DNA of 64,000 bases from positions 49,786,001 through 49,850,000 of the forward strand of contig OX597832.1 of NCBI GenBank assembly GCA_951406725.2, read 5' to 3'. Made by a program: the position numbers and the translations under genes. The notes under the pieces are model-generated. The model worked only from the letters and a program-made list of their open reading frames with translations. It was not told the origin of the DNA and did not search any database. This document shows, one piece after another, positions 31,990-44,504 of this stretch. The DNA is from Octopus vulgaris (lineage: Eukaryota). Each line of letters begins with the position of its first letter. Within the stretch, counting starts at the first letter, position 1.

Positions 31990-32374
31990 TTCCAGAGGAT
32001 ATTTTTTTTATTTATTGTATTTGTTTAGTGTAGAGAAAGTCGTCTGGCCCCATGGTTTCCGCAGGCCTTCTGAGACAAGTGCGTCTGGTGTTGTGAGCAT
32101 TCTGATATAAAATTTTTTAAGCTGATGATACAGAAAACATCTTGAGCAAAGCAGGAATGCGAGGGGGCACAGATTCTAGGAAAAAAGGATCAGGAATATT
32201 GGTTAGTGGGGGACCAAGAGTGTTCAACACAACAGAGGTGATGAGAGGAGAAGAGAAAAAGACAGAAGTACCTGAGTAGAGACTGCTTGAAGCCTACCAG
32301 TTTGGAGGAGCAGTGGTCATTATAGTAGAGATGGTGCATATGTAATGTTCTAAAATGGGAGTCAAAAAACATAC

Positions 32375-32467
32375 CTTTAAGATTTTTAATTTGGTGCTGA
32401 CTTTGACATTTTCATAACCATTTTGTTCAATTTCCCATGCATCAGCATTATCAAAGTAATGGCAAAA
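32375..32467 (-). CDS. RSF1: RSF1 coding exon (WHIM1-like)
   Basis: CAG acceptor, GTATGT donor, 93 nt. FCHYFDNADAWEIEQNGYENVKVSTKLKILK resembles RSF1 ICQEFNSTWAWEMEKKGYLEMSVECKLALLK. Confidence 0.92.
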
Positions 32468-33549
32468 CTGTAACAAATAAAAAATTTTTTTTTAATAATG
32501 ATTAAAAATAGAAATACTACATGATACATAAGTGATTTTGAACATTGTTACAAGACTGTGAAAGTGTATAAGAATGGATAAAATTGATTGCTTAGCAGCA
32601 GATCTGAGCTCAAATCCTGCCAGGTTACCCATCGAAGGATCTAAACTGTGAACAGAAAGGGCTGGGAGAAATACCATAAGGTATATTGTCCAATTCTGCC
32701 AATCTACCACTTGAATTATAATAACTAGCAAAAAAACCACCTGAAGGGCAGTATTTCTGATGATGATACTCTCTCTTTCTCTTTTACCGCCTTTAGTCGA
32801 GCAAATCGACCCCAGGACTTATTTTTTGGAAGCCTAGTACTTATTCTATCAGGCTCTTTTGCCGAACCGCTAAGTTACGGGGACGTAAACACACCAGCAT
32901 TGGTTGGCAAGCGATGTTGGGGGAACAAACACACACACATATATATATATATATACATATATACGACAGGCTTCTTTCAGTTTCCGTCTACCAAATCCAC
33001 TCACAAGGCTTTGGTCGGCCCGAGGCTATAGCAGAAGACACTTTCCCAAAGTGCCATGCAGACTGCCCTGCCCCTAGAAACACTAAAGTATCTTCTCTTC
33101 TCTATGCTATCTTTGCTCTTTCAAAGCAAACACGACGGAGTGAGTGACCAGAAGAAAATAATGAGCAACAGAGTGAGAGAGATGAAAGAATGAATGTGGT
33201 GGGTAGAAAACAAAATAAAAAGAAAGAAAGAAAGTAATAGCACAAAACTGGACTGCGTTTCATTTAGGTCCCGGATGGGGAAGCACCTGCTAGCACATTT
33301 TATTGTGTCTGCAGGACGATATGCTCGTATGTGCAAAATTTAATAAATTTTTCAATAATAAAATTTATACAATATTTGTATGCCTATTTGCAACATAGGT
33401 TGCGTTTCCACAATGGCTTAAAACAGTTAGACTCAAACAGAAATCATCCAGTAATTGCCATTTGATTGGAAATATTGTTTTCACTATAAAACACATATTG
33501 CTAGGTTTGTACCACCCCACTTGAGAACCAACTACACTCTTACTCATTT

Positions 33550-33947
33550 ACTCTTTTACTTGTTTCAGTCATTTGACTGCGGCCATGCTGGAGCACCACA
33601 TTTAGTCGAGCAATTCGACCCCGGGGCTTATTCTTTGTAAGCCCAGTACTTATTCTATCGGTCTCTTTTGCCGAACCGCTAAGTAACGGGGACGTAAACA
33701 CACCAGCATCAGTTGTCAAGCAATGCTAGGGGGACAAACACAGACACACAAACACACACACACACATATATATATACATATATACGACAGGCTTCTTTCA
33801 GTTTCCGTCTACCAAATCCACTCAGAAGGCAATGGTCGACCCGGGGCTATAGCAGAAGACACTTGCCCAAGATGCCACGCAGTGGGACTGTACCCGGAAC
33901 CATGTGGTTGGTTAGCAAGCTACTTACCACACAGCCACTCCTGCGCC
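33550..33947 (-). mobile_element. tRNA-derived SINE family A, full length
   Basis: Reverse complement of 18753-19153. Other - copies at about 3697-4112, 4667-5197, 5725-6107, 20783-21131, 32768-33062, 34299-34681, 46075-46566, 51407-51813, 57209-57599, 58141-58547 and 63510-63866. Confidence 0.88.
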
Positions 33948-34004
33948 CAGCTGAAAAATATAGAATACCACATAGGTAATATAAACATCCTAAATTCAGT
34001 GGCG

Positions 34005-34191
34005 TGGAGGCACATGGCCTAGTGGTTAAAGCAGCGGACTCGCGGTCGAGGGATCGCAGGTTCAAATCTCAGACCAGGCGATGTGTGTGTTTATGAGCGA
34101 AACATCTAAGCTCCACGCGGCTGTGGCAGAAGGTAATGGTGAACTTCTGCTAACTCTTTCACCACAACTTTCTCTCACTCTTTCCTCCTGC
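34005..34191 (+). mobile_element. tRNA-derived SINE family C, 5' part
   Basis: A-box TGGCCTAGTGG and B-box GGTTCAAATC. Shares AACTTTCTCTCACTCTTT with 11920-12190, which carries the 3' part and an (AAAC)n tail. Confidence 0.65.
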
Positions 34192-34736
34192 ATCAGATAA
34201 ATTCGTTTTTTTTTCCTTCTTGGCACTTCATTGTCATAGTGCCAAGTAGGAAGAAAACGAATTTATCTGACAAGTCAATTATACAAGCAGAAAAGATAAC
34301 TCTTTTACTTGTTTCAGTCATTTGACTGTGGCCATGCTGGAGCACCGCCTTTAGTCGAGCAAATCGACCCCAGGACTCATTCTTTGTAAGCCTAGTACTT
34401 ATTCTATCGGTCTCTTTTGTCAAACCGTTAAGTTACAGGAATGTAAACACACCAGCATTGGTTGTCAAGCTATGTTGGGGGACAAACACAGACACACAAA
34501 CATACACACACATACATATATACGACAGGCTTCTTTCAGTTTCCGTCTACCAAATCCACTCACAAGGCTTTGGTCGGCCCGAGGCTACAGTAGAAGACAC
34601 TTGCCCACCAAGGTGCCACGTAGCGGGACTGAACCCGGAACCATGTGGTTGGTAAGCAAGCTACTTACCACACAGCCACTCCAACGCCTACTCTCAATTT
34701 TCTATAATTACTCAAAATATAAAATTAAGCACATAC

Positions 34737-34828
34737 CTTTACTATGCTGCGTTGCCATTTTTCTGTGTTTACCTTCTTACCAATACGTCGGAGTAAGTGA
34801 ACATGCAGATCAATGAGAAGGTCAGAAG
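34737..34828 (-). CDS. RSF1: RSF1 coding exon (most 5' exon found; DDT-like region)
   Basis: TAG acceptor, GTATGT donor, 92 nt, phase 1 in and 0 out. Reads xSDLLIDLHVHLLRRIGKKVNTEKWQRSIVK, matching the RSF1 N-terminal segment recalled as ELVELHLKLMRKIGKSVTADRWEKYLIK. Confidence 0.9.
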
Positions 34829-34890
34829 CTATTTCAAACAGAAGAAAGAAAGAAAAAAAGAAAGAATTAAGACACTGGGAAAGAATAAAT

Positions 34891-35299
34891 GGATCTTTTC
34901 GGTTTGAACAGCAGTTTTTAACATAATTTCTAGGTAACTAAAAAATTTTAAACTTCGTATACTGGTAGAATGTGTTTATAAAACATCTTTTTCTCTTGGC
35001 TTTATTGAGAAAATTCTATAGTTTGTAAGATATTTGTTGTTGTTTTTTTCTTCAATTTCTGCAATTTCAACCAATCAGTGACGTCCATTGAGGTAAAAAA
35101 AACATTCTGTGCCATATGAATATGTCCCTTGTTTAAGAAACAGATTGGGTTTATTTACATTTGTGAAGAAAAAAAGATACCCTTCCCCCCACCCCTAACA
35201 CAGATTGAAATGCAATAGATCGATACTAGGGTCATAATTATGGGTGACAATTTCATATGACACCGCTAGAAGAAAATGCCGTTCAAACCGAAAAGATCC
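34891..35299. mobile_element. Non-autonomous DNA transposon with GG-initiated TIRs
   Basis: TIR GGATCTTTTCGGTTTGAAC / GTTCAAACCGAAAAGATCC and a perfect 8-bp TSD GAATAAAT; superfamily uncertain (Merlin- or MULE-like). Confidence 0.8.
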
Positions 35300-36557
35300 G
35301 AATAAATTCTAAGATGAATACTATGAGAAAATGTATTTTAAAGAACGTTTACACAATCATTATTAACACATCAAAACTGGAAATAGAGAGGGGGGAGATA
35401 CATTTAAAACATGGGAAGTTACTCCTCTAAACAAATAACCAAGGGCTTATTAATTGCAACAGTTATTGTTCCTTAATTAATCTGTATCTGTGTTGACAAA
35501 GTTCATTAAACAAACATGTGGTTTTACTGTGTTTGATAGCATATAAGATGCAATTTTTTTTTATTTTTATGAAAAAAAAAAAAGTCTCAAAAAATATCAT
35601 TACGGGTCCCGTAATGAACTAAAAACCTTTTGGTGTATTTAATACACCCGTGCATCCTTTATGCTCTTTACTCTCATTTTACTCTTTTTACTTGTTTCAG
35701 TCATTTGACTGCGGCCATGCTGGAGCACCGCCTTTAGTCGAGCAAATCGACCCCAAGACTTATTCTTTGGAAGCCTAGTACTTATTCTATCGGTCTCTTT
35801 TGCCGAACCACTAAGATACAAGGGCCGAGAACAAGAAGGGGATCAGTCATAAAATATGCTTCAATAAGTCTCACCCAACCCATGCCCACACAGAAAAAAA
35901 AACAGACGTAAAAGCAATGAGGAGACTATCATCATCATCATCCACACCATTTAATATCCACTTTTCTATCCTTGCACGGGTCGGACAGAATTTATATGGC
36001 TGAATGCCTTTCCTGTCACCAACCCTCACTTATTTCCAAGCAAGGTAATATTTCCCAGAGCCAGATATGTTCTTTTTGTTGCTTTCTTCATGGAAGACTG
36101 GAAATGATACATCGTTTGTATGATAGTAATGCATGTTTACAAACATCACATAGTCCTTTCTGCTATAGGCATGAGGCCTAAAATTGAGGGGAGGCGAATA
36201 GTCGATTAGATCGATCTCAGTACTCAACTGATACTTAATTTATTGACCCCGAAAGGATGAAAGGTAAAGTTGACCTTGGTGGAATTTGAACTCAGAATGT
36301 GGCGACAGGCAAAATACATATTTCTCTACTACCCACAAGGGGCTAAACACAGAGAGGACAAACAAGGACAGACAAACGGATTAAGTCGATTATATCGACC
36401 CCAGTGTGTAACTGGTACTTATTTAATCGACCCCAAAAGGATGGAAGGCAAAGTCGACCTCGGCGAAATTTGAACTCAGAATGTAACGGCAGGTGAAATA
36501 CTGCTAAGCATTTCATCCAGCGTGATAACAATCCTGCCAGCTTGCCATTGTACAAAC

Positions 36558-36826
36558 CAGGCCCGTGGAATCAAAGCAAAAAATTTCGACTCTGACCCCT
36601 CTACTATTGGTACCTCTGATTCCTCTTTATGTAATTAAATGAGTATGGTCTGCATATCTCATAAACCATATACACACGCTTGTACTTTGAGTAGAACTAT
36701 ATGTTATAACTGGTTTATATTAAAGAATAAAGATATTGTGAGTCAGAGTCGATATAATTTTACTGACTCCAACTCCAGCTACCCCTTAATAGTTTCTGAC
36801 TCCATGATTCCGACTCCAAAGCCCTG
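36558..36826. mobile_element. hAT-type MITE with GACTCC subterminal repeats
   Basis: CAGG...CCTG ends and a perfect 8-bp TSD GTACAAAC. Confidence 0.75.
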
Positions 36827-37483
36827 GTACAAACATCACATAATGTCAGAGCAAAGGCATGCGCGCACACACACACACGTGCAATGAGGCCCTTTCAAGT
36901 TTCTGTCAACAAAATCCACTCACAAGGCTTTGGTCAATCTGGGGGTTACAGTAGCAGACATTTGCCCAAGGTGTGCAAAACAGCAGGAAACCATGCCAAC
37001 TCCTTACGTTGTGAGTTCAAATTCCGCCGAGGTCGACTTTGCCTTTCATCCTTTCAGGGTCGATAAATTAAATACCAGTAACGCACTGGGGTCGATGTAA
37101 TCAATTTAATCATCCCTCTGTCTGTCCTTGTTTGTCCCCTCAATGTTTAGCCCCTTGTGGGCAATAAAGAAATATATATATAAAGATCAATAAAGCTAAG
37201 ATCTGCTGTACCAGAGAAACGAGACAAAGGAAGTAAAACATCAACATTATAAGCACCGCAGTGAGGCTGTTTGTTTAACCTTGTCTTAAATTAGTGGTTT
37301 CAACTAACTTAGTATCATTTGATTAGTGCTAACCACCTTAGCAGTAATTCATTATACTGTTGTCTTGTGACAATACAGAACAAGGAGGAGGGCTTGAAAG
37401 CACCCATATATATAATTTTTGTGTGTTGTATGTGCCTGTTGATGTATTACTACTAGAAGAGAATATAATTTTGTAGATGCTAC

Positions 37484-37719
37484 CCTATTTCTTTACTACC
37501 CACAAGGGGCTAAACAAAGAGAGGACAAACAAGGACAGACAAACGGATTAAGTCGATTACATCGACCCCCAGCGCGTAACTGGTACTTAATTTATCGACC
37601 CCGAAAGGATGAAAGGCAAAGTCGACCTTGGCGGAATTTGAACTCAGAAATGTAACGGCAGACGAAATACCGCTAAGCATTTCGCCCAGCGTGCTAACGT
37701 TTCTGCCAGCTTGCCGCCT
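37484..37719 (-). mobile_element. SINE family B (GCCTTTCATCCTTTCGGGGTCGA core)
   Basis: Pol III-like head with a GAGTTCAAAT B-box, flanked by the TSD TTGTAGATGCTA. The core resembles the MetaSINE-type central domain as I recall it. Other copies at about 16878-17478, 36198-36546, 37003-37173, 38892-39104, 42878-43109, 46621-47100 and 61502-61734. Confidence 0.8.
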
Positions 37720-38214
37720 TGTAGATGCTAACCACCATAGGAAAGGCACAGGAGTGGCTGTGTGGTAAGTATCTTGCTTACCAACCACATGGTTCCGGGT
37801 TCAGTCCCACTGTGTGGCACCTCGGGCAAGTGTCTTCTACTATAGCCTTGGGCCGACCAAAGCCTTGTGAGCGGATTTGGTAGACGGAAACTGAAAGAAG
37901 CCCGTTGTATATATGTATATATATATATGTGTGTGTGTGTTTGTCCTCCCAACATTGCTTGACAACCGGTGCTGGTGTGTTTACGTCCCCATACATTAGC
38001 GGTTCGGCAAAAAAGACCGATAGAATAAGTACTAGGCTTACAAAGAATTAAGTCCTGGGGTCGATTTGCTCGACTAAAGGTGGTGCTCCAGCATGGCCGC
38101 AGTCAAATGACTGAAACAAGTAAAAGAGTGAAAGAGAGTAAAGAGCTAATAAGTGAGATGTAGAGAGATGAAGAAAGAGACTAGCGAGATAGATTGCTAT
38201 CCTTTATTATAAAA

Positions 38215-38589
38215 CTAGCACTATGACCAGGCAGGTCCGGGTCATAGTACTAGTGCATGCATATACAGCTGCATGCATGCGCACATACACGCGAGTACTA
38301 TCCAAATCTCCGACCAATCACATACAGCTAGCTGGCATTCAATTGGTGTATCAAGTTTCAGGCATTTTGATTGGGTTTTGGATGGAAAATTCACAAAAAA
38401 GTCACTTCTATTGATTTTTTTTATGGCTTTGCAGGGTGACTGGGGAAATATAAAGATGTGCACAACCACCCTTGGACGGTTTTGAATGACCACAGAAAGT
38501 GCGAGCCCTCTAACTGAAAAATTGTGGATTTGTATAAAGGATATAGACACACACACACATAGACATTTTGCCGTTTATATACATAGAGA
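38215..38589 (-). mobile_element. Non-autonomous Helitron-like element
   Basis: On the minus strand it starts TC after A and ends CTAG before T, with a terminal hairpin ACTATGACC..GGTCATAGT and no TSD. Copies at 27137-27480 (+) and about 13602-13866 (-, partial). Confidence 0.72.
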
Positions 38590-39888
38590 TTAGACATGTG
38601 AATTTGTTTGCATAGATGCACATAAGCATGAGAGAGAGAGAGAGGGAGCGAGAGAGAGAGAGAAAGAAATAGACAATAAGAAGAAAACGGAAAGAGAACT
38701 GTCTAATGTGAGAAATAAAAGAACTGCAACCACTGGGTTTGAGGTTCAATCCCACTGTGTGAAACCTGGGGCAAGTGTCTTCTTCTTAGCCTATGGTTGA
38801 CCAAAACTATATGAGCTGATTTGGCAGATGGAAATTGAAAGAAGCCTGTCCTCTGTGTGTGTGTGTGTGTGAGTGAGAGAGAGAGAGTTGGTAACGTTAG
38901 CACGCTGGGCGAAACGCTTAGCGGTTTTCCGTTTGCCGCTACATTCTGAGTTCAAATTCCGCCGAGGTGGACTTTGCCTTTCATCCTTTCGGGGTCGATT
39001 AAATAAGTACCAGTTACGCACTAGGGTCGATATAATCGACTTAATCCGTTTGTCTGTCCTTGTTTGTCCTGTGTTTAGCCCCTTGTGGGTAGTAAAGAAA
39101 TAGGTGTCTCCTTGTCTTGAGACTGTGGTTGTTGTAAACGACTGTCACCGTCGTACAAGCAGTGCCCTTTGCTTCCAGTTTTACATGAAAATACATCAGG
39201 CCAGCGGGGAGCATTACCTTACTTGGAAATAGGTGAGGGTCGGCAACGGGAAGGGCATCCAGCCATAGAAAATCTGCTTCAACACAACTCCCTCCAACCC
39301 ATGCAAGCACGGAGGAAGTGGATGTTAAAACGATGGTGATGATGAATTTGAACCGAATAACATTAACAAATAATTTAATGAAAACAAAAGGATGTGTGTT
39401 ACCAGACTGAAGTCATCATCAGAAGACAGTAGTTGAGACAGAGTGATTACCAAGAACTTAAAAGAGTAGAAGATGATGTGATATGTAACAGTTTATGACT
39501 GACCCAATTTTTTTCATCAATAAAAGAGACTGGATACCCCTGTGTTTTCTTGCTCCCCTTTTTTGATGTTATATCATTTATTGGAATTTTACACTAAAGT
39601 CATTACCACATACACACACACACACATCGAGACAGGGAGAATAATATTTGTGCGCTGTGAATAGCGGCAGCACTCGCAAACACCACGCCCCCCACTCCAT
39701 GACTTGAGGTAAATGAGGAAACTTAGTTACTGATGAAAATGAAAGATTTTTTACTCCTATAACAGAAGCCAATTAACATTCTTTCTATAAAAACAAACAA
39801 TTTTTTACAACAGCCAGAAAAAGACAACTTGCAATGCAGCTCCACATAACATGGACTTTTGAAAATCAAGTGTGAAAGAGAGGAGTGT

Positions 39889-39978
<90 letters not shown>

Positions 39979-40076
39979 AAAATATAAATTAATCCTCATA
40001 TATTCTATGTGCATTTTCAACCTCATTTCTTCTTGTTTGGATTAAGAATGGTTTCTATATATATATATATATATAT

Positions 40077-40492
40077 AGCCAGTCCACTTATGCATACCTT
40101 TCCTTCTTGGGACACAAAACTCTACTTGTGAAGACCTGTTGAGGCAAGTGAGAATCGAAATCTATCAACATCAATGGAAATTGCAGCTGTGGTACCAGTG
40201 CCAGTGGCACGTAAAAAGTACCATCCGTTCGTGGCCGTTGCCAGCCTCGCCTGGCCCCCGTGCCGGTGGCACGTAAAAAGCACCATCCGATCGTGGCCGT
40301 TTGCCAGCCTGGTCTGGCACATAAAAAGCACCCACTACACTCATGGAGTGGTTGGCGTTAGGAAGGGCATCCAGCTGTAGAAACATTGCCAGATCAGACT
40401 GGGCCTGGTGCAGCCTTCTGGCTTCCCAGACCCCAGTTGAACCGTCCAACCCATGCTAGCATGGAAAGCAGATGCTAAACGATGATGATGAT
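40077..40492 (+). mobile_element. RTE 3' UTR fragment
   Basis: Aligns by eye to 18340-18712; (GAT)n tail. Confidence 0.8.
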
Positions 40493-40498
40493 ATATAC

Positions 40499-40625
40499 TT
40501 TATTTAAAAGCAGTAGAAATATAACAAAAGTTGTTACTCAAGAGTCTCACGTTCCTGTTTATCATCGGAAACGCGAAACTCTGAGTAACAGCTTTTGTTA
40601 TATTTCCGCTGCTTTCTAAAGATAA
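40499..40625. repeat. Fold-back hairpin element (~125 bp)
   Basis: AAAGCAGTAGAAATATAACAAAAGTTGTTACTCA pairs with TGAGTAACAGCTTTTGTTATATTTCCGCTGCTTT, and pairing continues imperfectly to a short loop. Confidence 0.8.
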
Positions 40626-40935
40626 GGAAAAGTGCACATTTCACAAAGCTGGAGGTACTAGTACCCCAAGTACCACACCTTCCCATACAAGCCCCACATG
40701 TGGGTGGGAGAGGATTCAGAACTGTTAGATCAGACATAAAAGTCAATACTGAGCCTAGGTCATCTTTGATAATGAATGAGGAACAAGAAAGAATAATATA
40801 TAATAACACACCGGGGGAAGAGAGGAGAGAGAGAGACTCAACCACAAATTAGAAGCAAAAACTGTTTGCAGTTCAGTTAAATGAGACGCTAATGTAATTG
40901 TACTTTCTAGTTAGTGATTCACTATTGCCATAATT

Positions 40936-41261
40936 CAGTGGTGCTCAACAAGGCTCCATATAAGATTTTGGGGATCCATGCAACAAAATAGCAAATTGTC
41001 CACAATAGTATTTTAAAGGCCCCCTGAAAAAAATTTTGCTTTAGATGTCTGCAAGAAGCAGCTAGATTTCTTTCTCTAGCGTTTTACATAGTTCAACATA
41101 CACAAGTTAATATGTGGAAAAACAAAATGGTAATTTTGAAAGAAGTTTCTGTAAAACTAGTTTTTAAACATCAAATAATGGCTATGGGGTGTGGGGCAGG
41201 GCTCCAGAATAAAATAGTAATCAAAGGGATCCATGGGTAAAAAAATGGTTGAGAGCCCCTG
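40936..41261. mobile_element. hAT-type MITE
   Basis: CAGTGGTGCTCAAC...GGTTGAGAGCCCCTG ends. Homologous copy at 57094-57820, interrupted by a SINE. Confidence 0.7.
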
Positions 41262-41389
41262 CAATAATCCATCTACAATATTTTCCAACAAATATGAAGG
41301 ACAGATTTCATGAAAACACAAGCCAATGGTAAACCTTACAGTCTAGCACCAAATATAAGCTTTGGACAACGAAAAACCTGGCTGATGAC

Positions 41390-41594
41390 GGTCAAGGCTG
41401 ATCTGGAACCCAACCTAGGCCCCCATATCTACGGCGTTTGCCGCTGGAATAAGGAGTGATTGGAGATCACGCGGTCGTTAGACTCAAATCGCCAGGCCTG
41501 GTTGGGCGTTTGTGAGAGATGCAGCATTGAGGATGAATGAAGCCAGCTCAACCCACCCCGGGTGAATGCTGTAAGAAGAAGAGAAGAAGAAGAA
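41390..41594 (+). mobile_element. Degenerate 3' end of a second RTE-like LINE
   Basis: Ends GCCAGCTCAACCCACCCCGGGTGAATG plus (AAG)n; shares its terminus with 16065-16118. Confidence 0.55.
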
Positions 41595-43503
41595 ATATAA
41601 GCTGCTTCTAACAAATACTATATAGCCCACAGTATTGTGTTGACAGAAATAGTAGAGTGGTAAATACCAGTCAACAACACACATCCTCTACAAATTTGTG
41701 GTTGTTTTGTGCCAAAAAAAACATAAGATAGTGGAATGGTAGAGAGAAAAAAAACAAATACCTTTTGGTATTTAGATATGCCCTTTCACATTAAAATCCC
41801 ATTGAGGTTGACCTCACCTTCCATCCTTCTATCATCAGTGATAAAATAAGGACCAGTTAAGTGCTTAACCCTTTAGTGTTCAGATTATTCAACCAAACAT
41901 AATGCTTATTGATTCCCATTGATTTGAATTAATCATGCATTATCTCATATCTTCAAGATCTCGATGGTGTAATTACCTAATGTAGAATAACATTGTAGGG
42001 TAGGTGTGAAAGCCTGGATCTGGTCAGTTTGAACATAAAACAGATTAAATATTTTGGCCGGATATGGCCGGTTTAAATACTAAAGGGTTAAGTCAATGTT
42101 ATCAACTTCTAACTTATGCTTGAGTTTCCCTCTCTCTCTCATTCACTTTCACTCCTCTTTCTTGTTTTCTCTCTTTCCCAAAAAATATTTCACATTGCTT
42201 ATGGAAATTAACAGTACTTACAAATATGAATTTTAGGGTGACATTTTTTACCCCTGTCCAGTTGACAGTAACCCAAAATTTACCCCTTTAACCCTTTCAT
42301 TACTAACCCGGCTGAAACCGGCTCTGGCTCTGAGTACAAATGTCTTGTTTCCATAAGTTTTGAATTGAAATCTTCCACCAAACCTTAGTCACAATTTATG
42401 TTCCTAACACTAGCTGAATGAAAGCTAAGTTATTTTACTAAATTCTTTGTTATATTTAAAGTAATTGAAAGAAACACAGAGCATCTCAAAATAAATACAG
42501 TAACGAAAGGGTTAATAAAGATGTCCTTACTGTGTGTTACAAGAAGCATTGTGCTCTTAAAAATCTTTTGTAACGTGGAATTCCATAACACAAAATGTAT
42601 TTTCTCATTGACCTCCACACCAAAGGTCGCCAACAAAAAATAAGATTTTCAGAACCACATTTCTATAATGTGTGGGAATGTCTACATGAAACTCCAACTA
42701 CTAGGACATCATCGACCTTAAAATTTACAGAAACCAGCTTCCTCAATCTCCATATTATGTCAAACAGATCTCTTCTCAGTGAAGTGATTAAAAGCCAATC
42801 ACAAACCACTGCAGTTCACTTATTCCTTTTCTGTCTCCCTCTTTCCCTCTTCTTTCTCCCCCTCTCTTTCATGTTATCTATTTCTTTACTACCCACAAGG
42901 GGCTAAACACAGAGAAGACAAACAAGGACAGACAAATGGATTAAGTCGATTATATCGATCCCAGTGCGTAACTGGTACTTAATTATCGACCCCGAAAGGA
43001 TGAAAGGCAAAGTTGACCTCGGCGGAATTTAAACTCAGAACGTAACGGCAGACAAAATACGGCTACACATTTCGCCCAGCATGCTAACGTTTCTGCCAGC
43101 TCGCCGCCTCTCTTTCGTGTTATCTGCCTCGTTCTGATGACTAGTGAAACATGCATGCTTGAGTTTCCAATCCAATCTAATTTATTAAGCTCGAGATAAA
43201 TTGATAGCACAAGATGGATTATCCAAATGAAAAACAACCAAATAAAACAGAACAGGAAAGATTGGAACGTATCTTTTAAAAATTACTGAAAGAGAAATAC
43301 TGTTCTTAGCAAAATATAAGCATTCGAAAATATGAAACATACACACTATTGTATAAAATATACTAATTCCGACTCAACAATATATGTTGGATAATTCACT
43401 ACATTTTTCTTAATGTATAACATGGTCCAACCCATGCTAGCATGGAGAACAGACGTTAAACAATGATGAAGCTTATACAACCAGCCAAAGATATTGGATT
43501 GAA

Positions 43504-44504
43504 GGCGGCGAGCTGGCAGAAACGTTAGCACGCTGGGCGAAATGCTTACCGGTATTTTGTCTGCCGCTACGTTCTGAGTTAAAATTCCACCGAGGTGGAC
43601 TTTGCCTTTCATCCTTTCGGGGTCGATTAAATAAGTACCAGTTACGCACTGGGGTCGATATAATCAACTTAATCCGTTTGTCTGTCCTTATTTGTCCCTT
43701 CTGTGTTTAGCCCCTTGTTTGACAATAAAGAAATAAGAAACGTTAGCACGCCGAGCGAAATGCTTAGCGGTATTTCGTCTGCCGCTACGTTCTGAGTTCA
43801 AATTCCACCGAGGTCGACTTTGCCTTTCATCCTTTCGGGGTCGATTAAATAAGTACCAGTTACACACTGGGGTCGATATAATCGACTTAATCCGTTTGTC
43901 TGTCCTTGTTTGTCCCCTCTATGTTTAGCCCCTTGTGGGTAGTAAAGAAATAGGTATTTCGTGTGCCGCTACGTTCTGAGTTCAAATTCCACCGAGGTCG
44001 ACTTTGCCTTTCATCCTTTCGGGGTCGATTAAATAAGTACCAGTTACACACTGGGGTCGATATAATCGACTTAATCCGTTTGTCTGTCCTTGTTTGTCCC
44101 CTCTATGTTTAGCCCCTTGTGGGTAGTAAAGAAATAGGTATTTCGTCTGCCGCTACGTTCTGAGTTCAAATTCCACCGAGGTCGACTTTGCCTTTCATCC
44201 TTTCGGGGTCGATTAAATAAGTACCAGTTACACACTGGGGTCGATATAATCGACTTAATCCGTTTGTCTGTCCTTGTTTGTCCCCTCTATGTTTAGCCCC
44301 TTGTGGGTAGTAAAGAAATAGGTATTTCGTCTGCCGCTACGTTCTGAGTTCAAATTCCGCTGAGGTCGACTTTGCCTTTCATCCTTTCGGGGTCAATTAA
44401 ATAAGTACCAGTTACGCACTGGGGTCGATATAATCGACTTAATCCATTTGTCTGTCCTTGTTTGTCCCCTCTGTGTTTAGCCCCTTGAGGGTAGTAAAGA
44501 AATA
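43504..44504 (+). repeat. Head-to-tail array of five SINE family B units, 184-bp period
   Basis: Units restart at 43769, 43953, 44137 and 44321 after one full-length copy; nearly identical to one another. Confidence 0.92.

Noticed and set aside
34005-34080. Functional tRNA gene (also the heads of family A SINEs)
   Set aside because: A/B boxes are present but there is no clean cloverleaf, and the sequence runs on into SINE body.
40259-40320. Pistol ribozyme resemblance of the CGTG..CACGTAAA hairpin
   Set aside because: Only the P1-plus-AAA part is similar; the P2/P3 stems and cleavage-site context are missing.
43132-43165. CTGATGA..GAAAC hammerhead-like match
   Set aside because: No real stem II, no U to close stem III and no stem I partner.
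43504-44504. CRISPR-like or satellite array
   Set aside because: Units are contiguous SINE bodies with no unique spacers; no cas genes; eukaryotic context.
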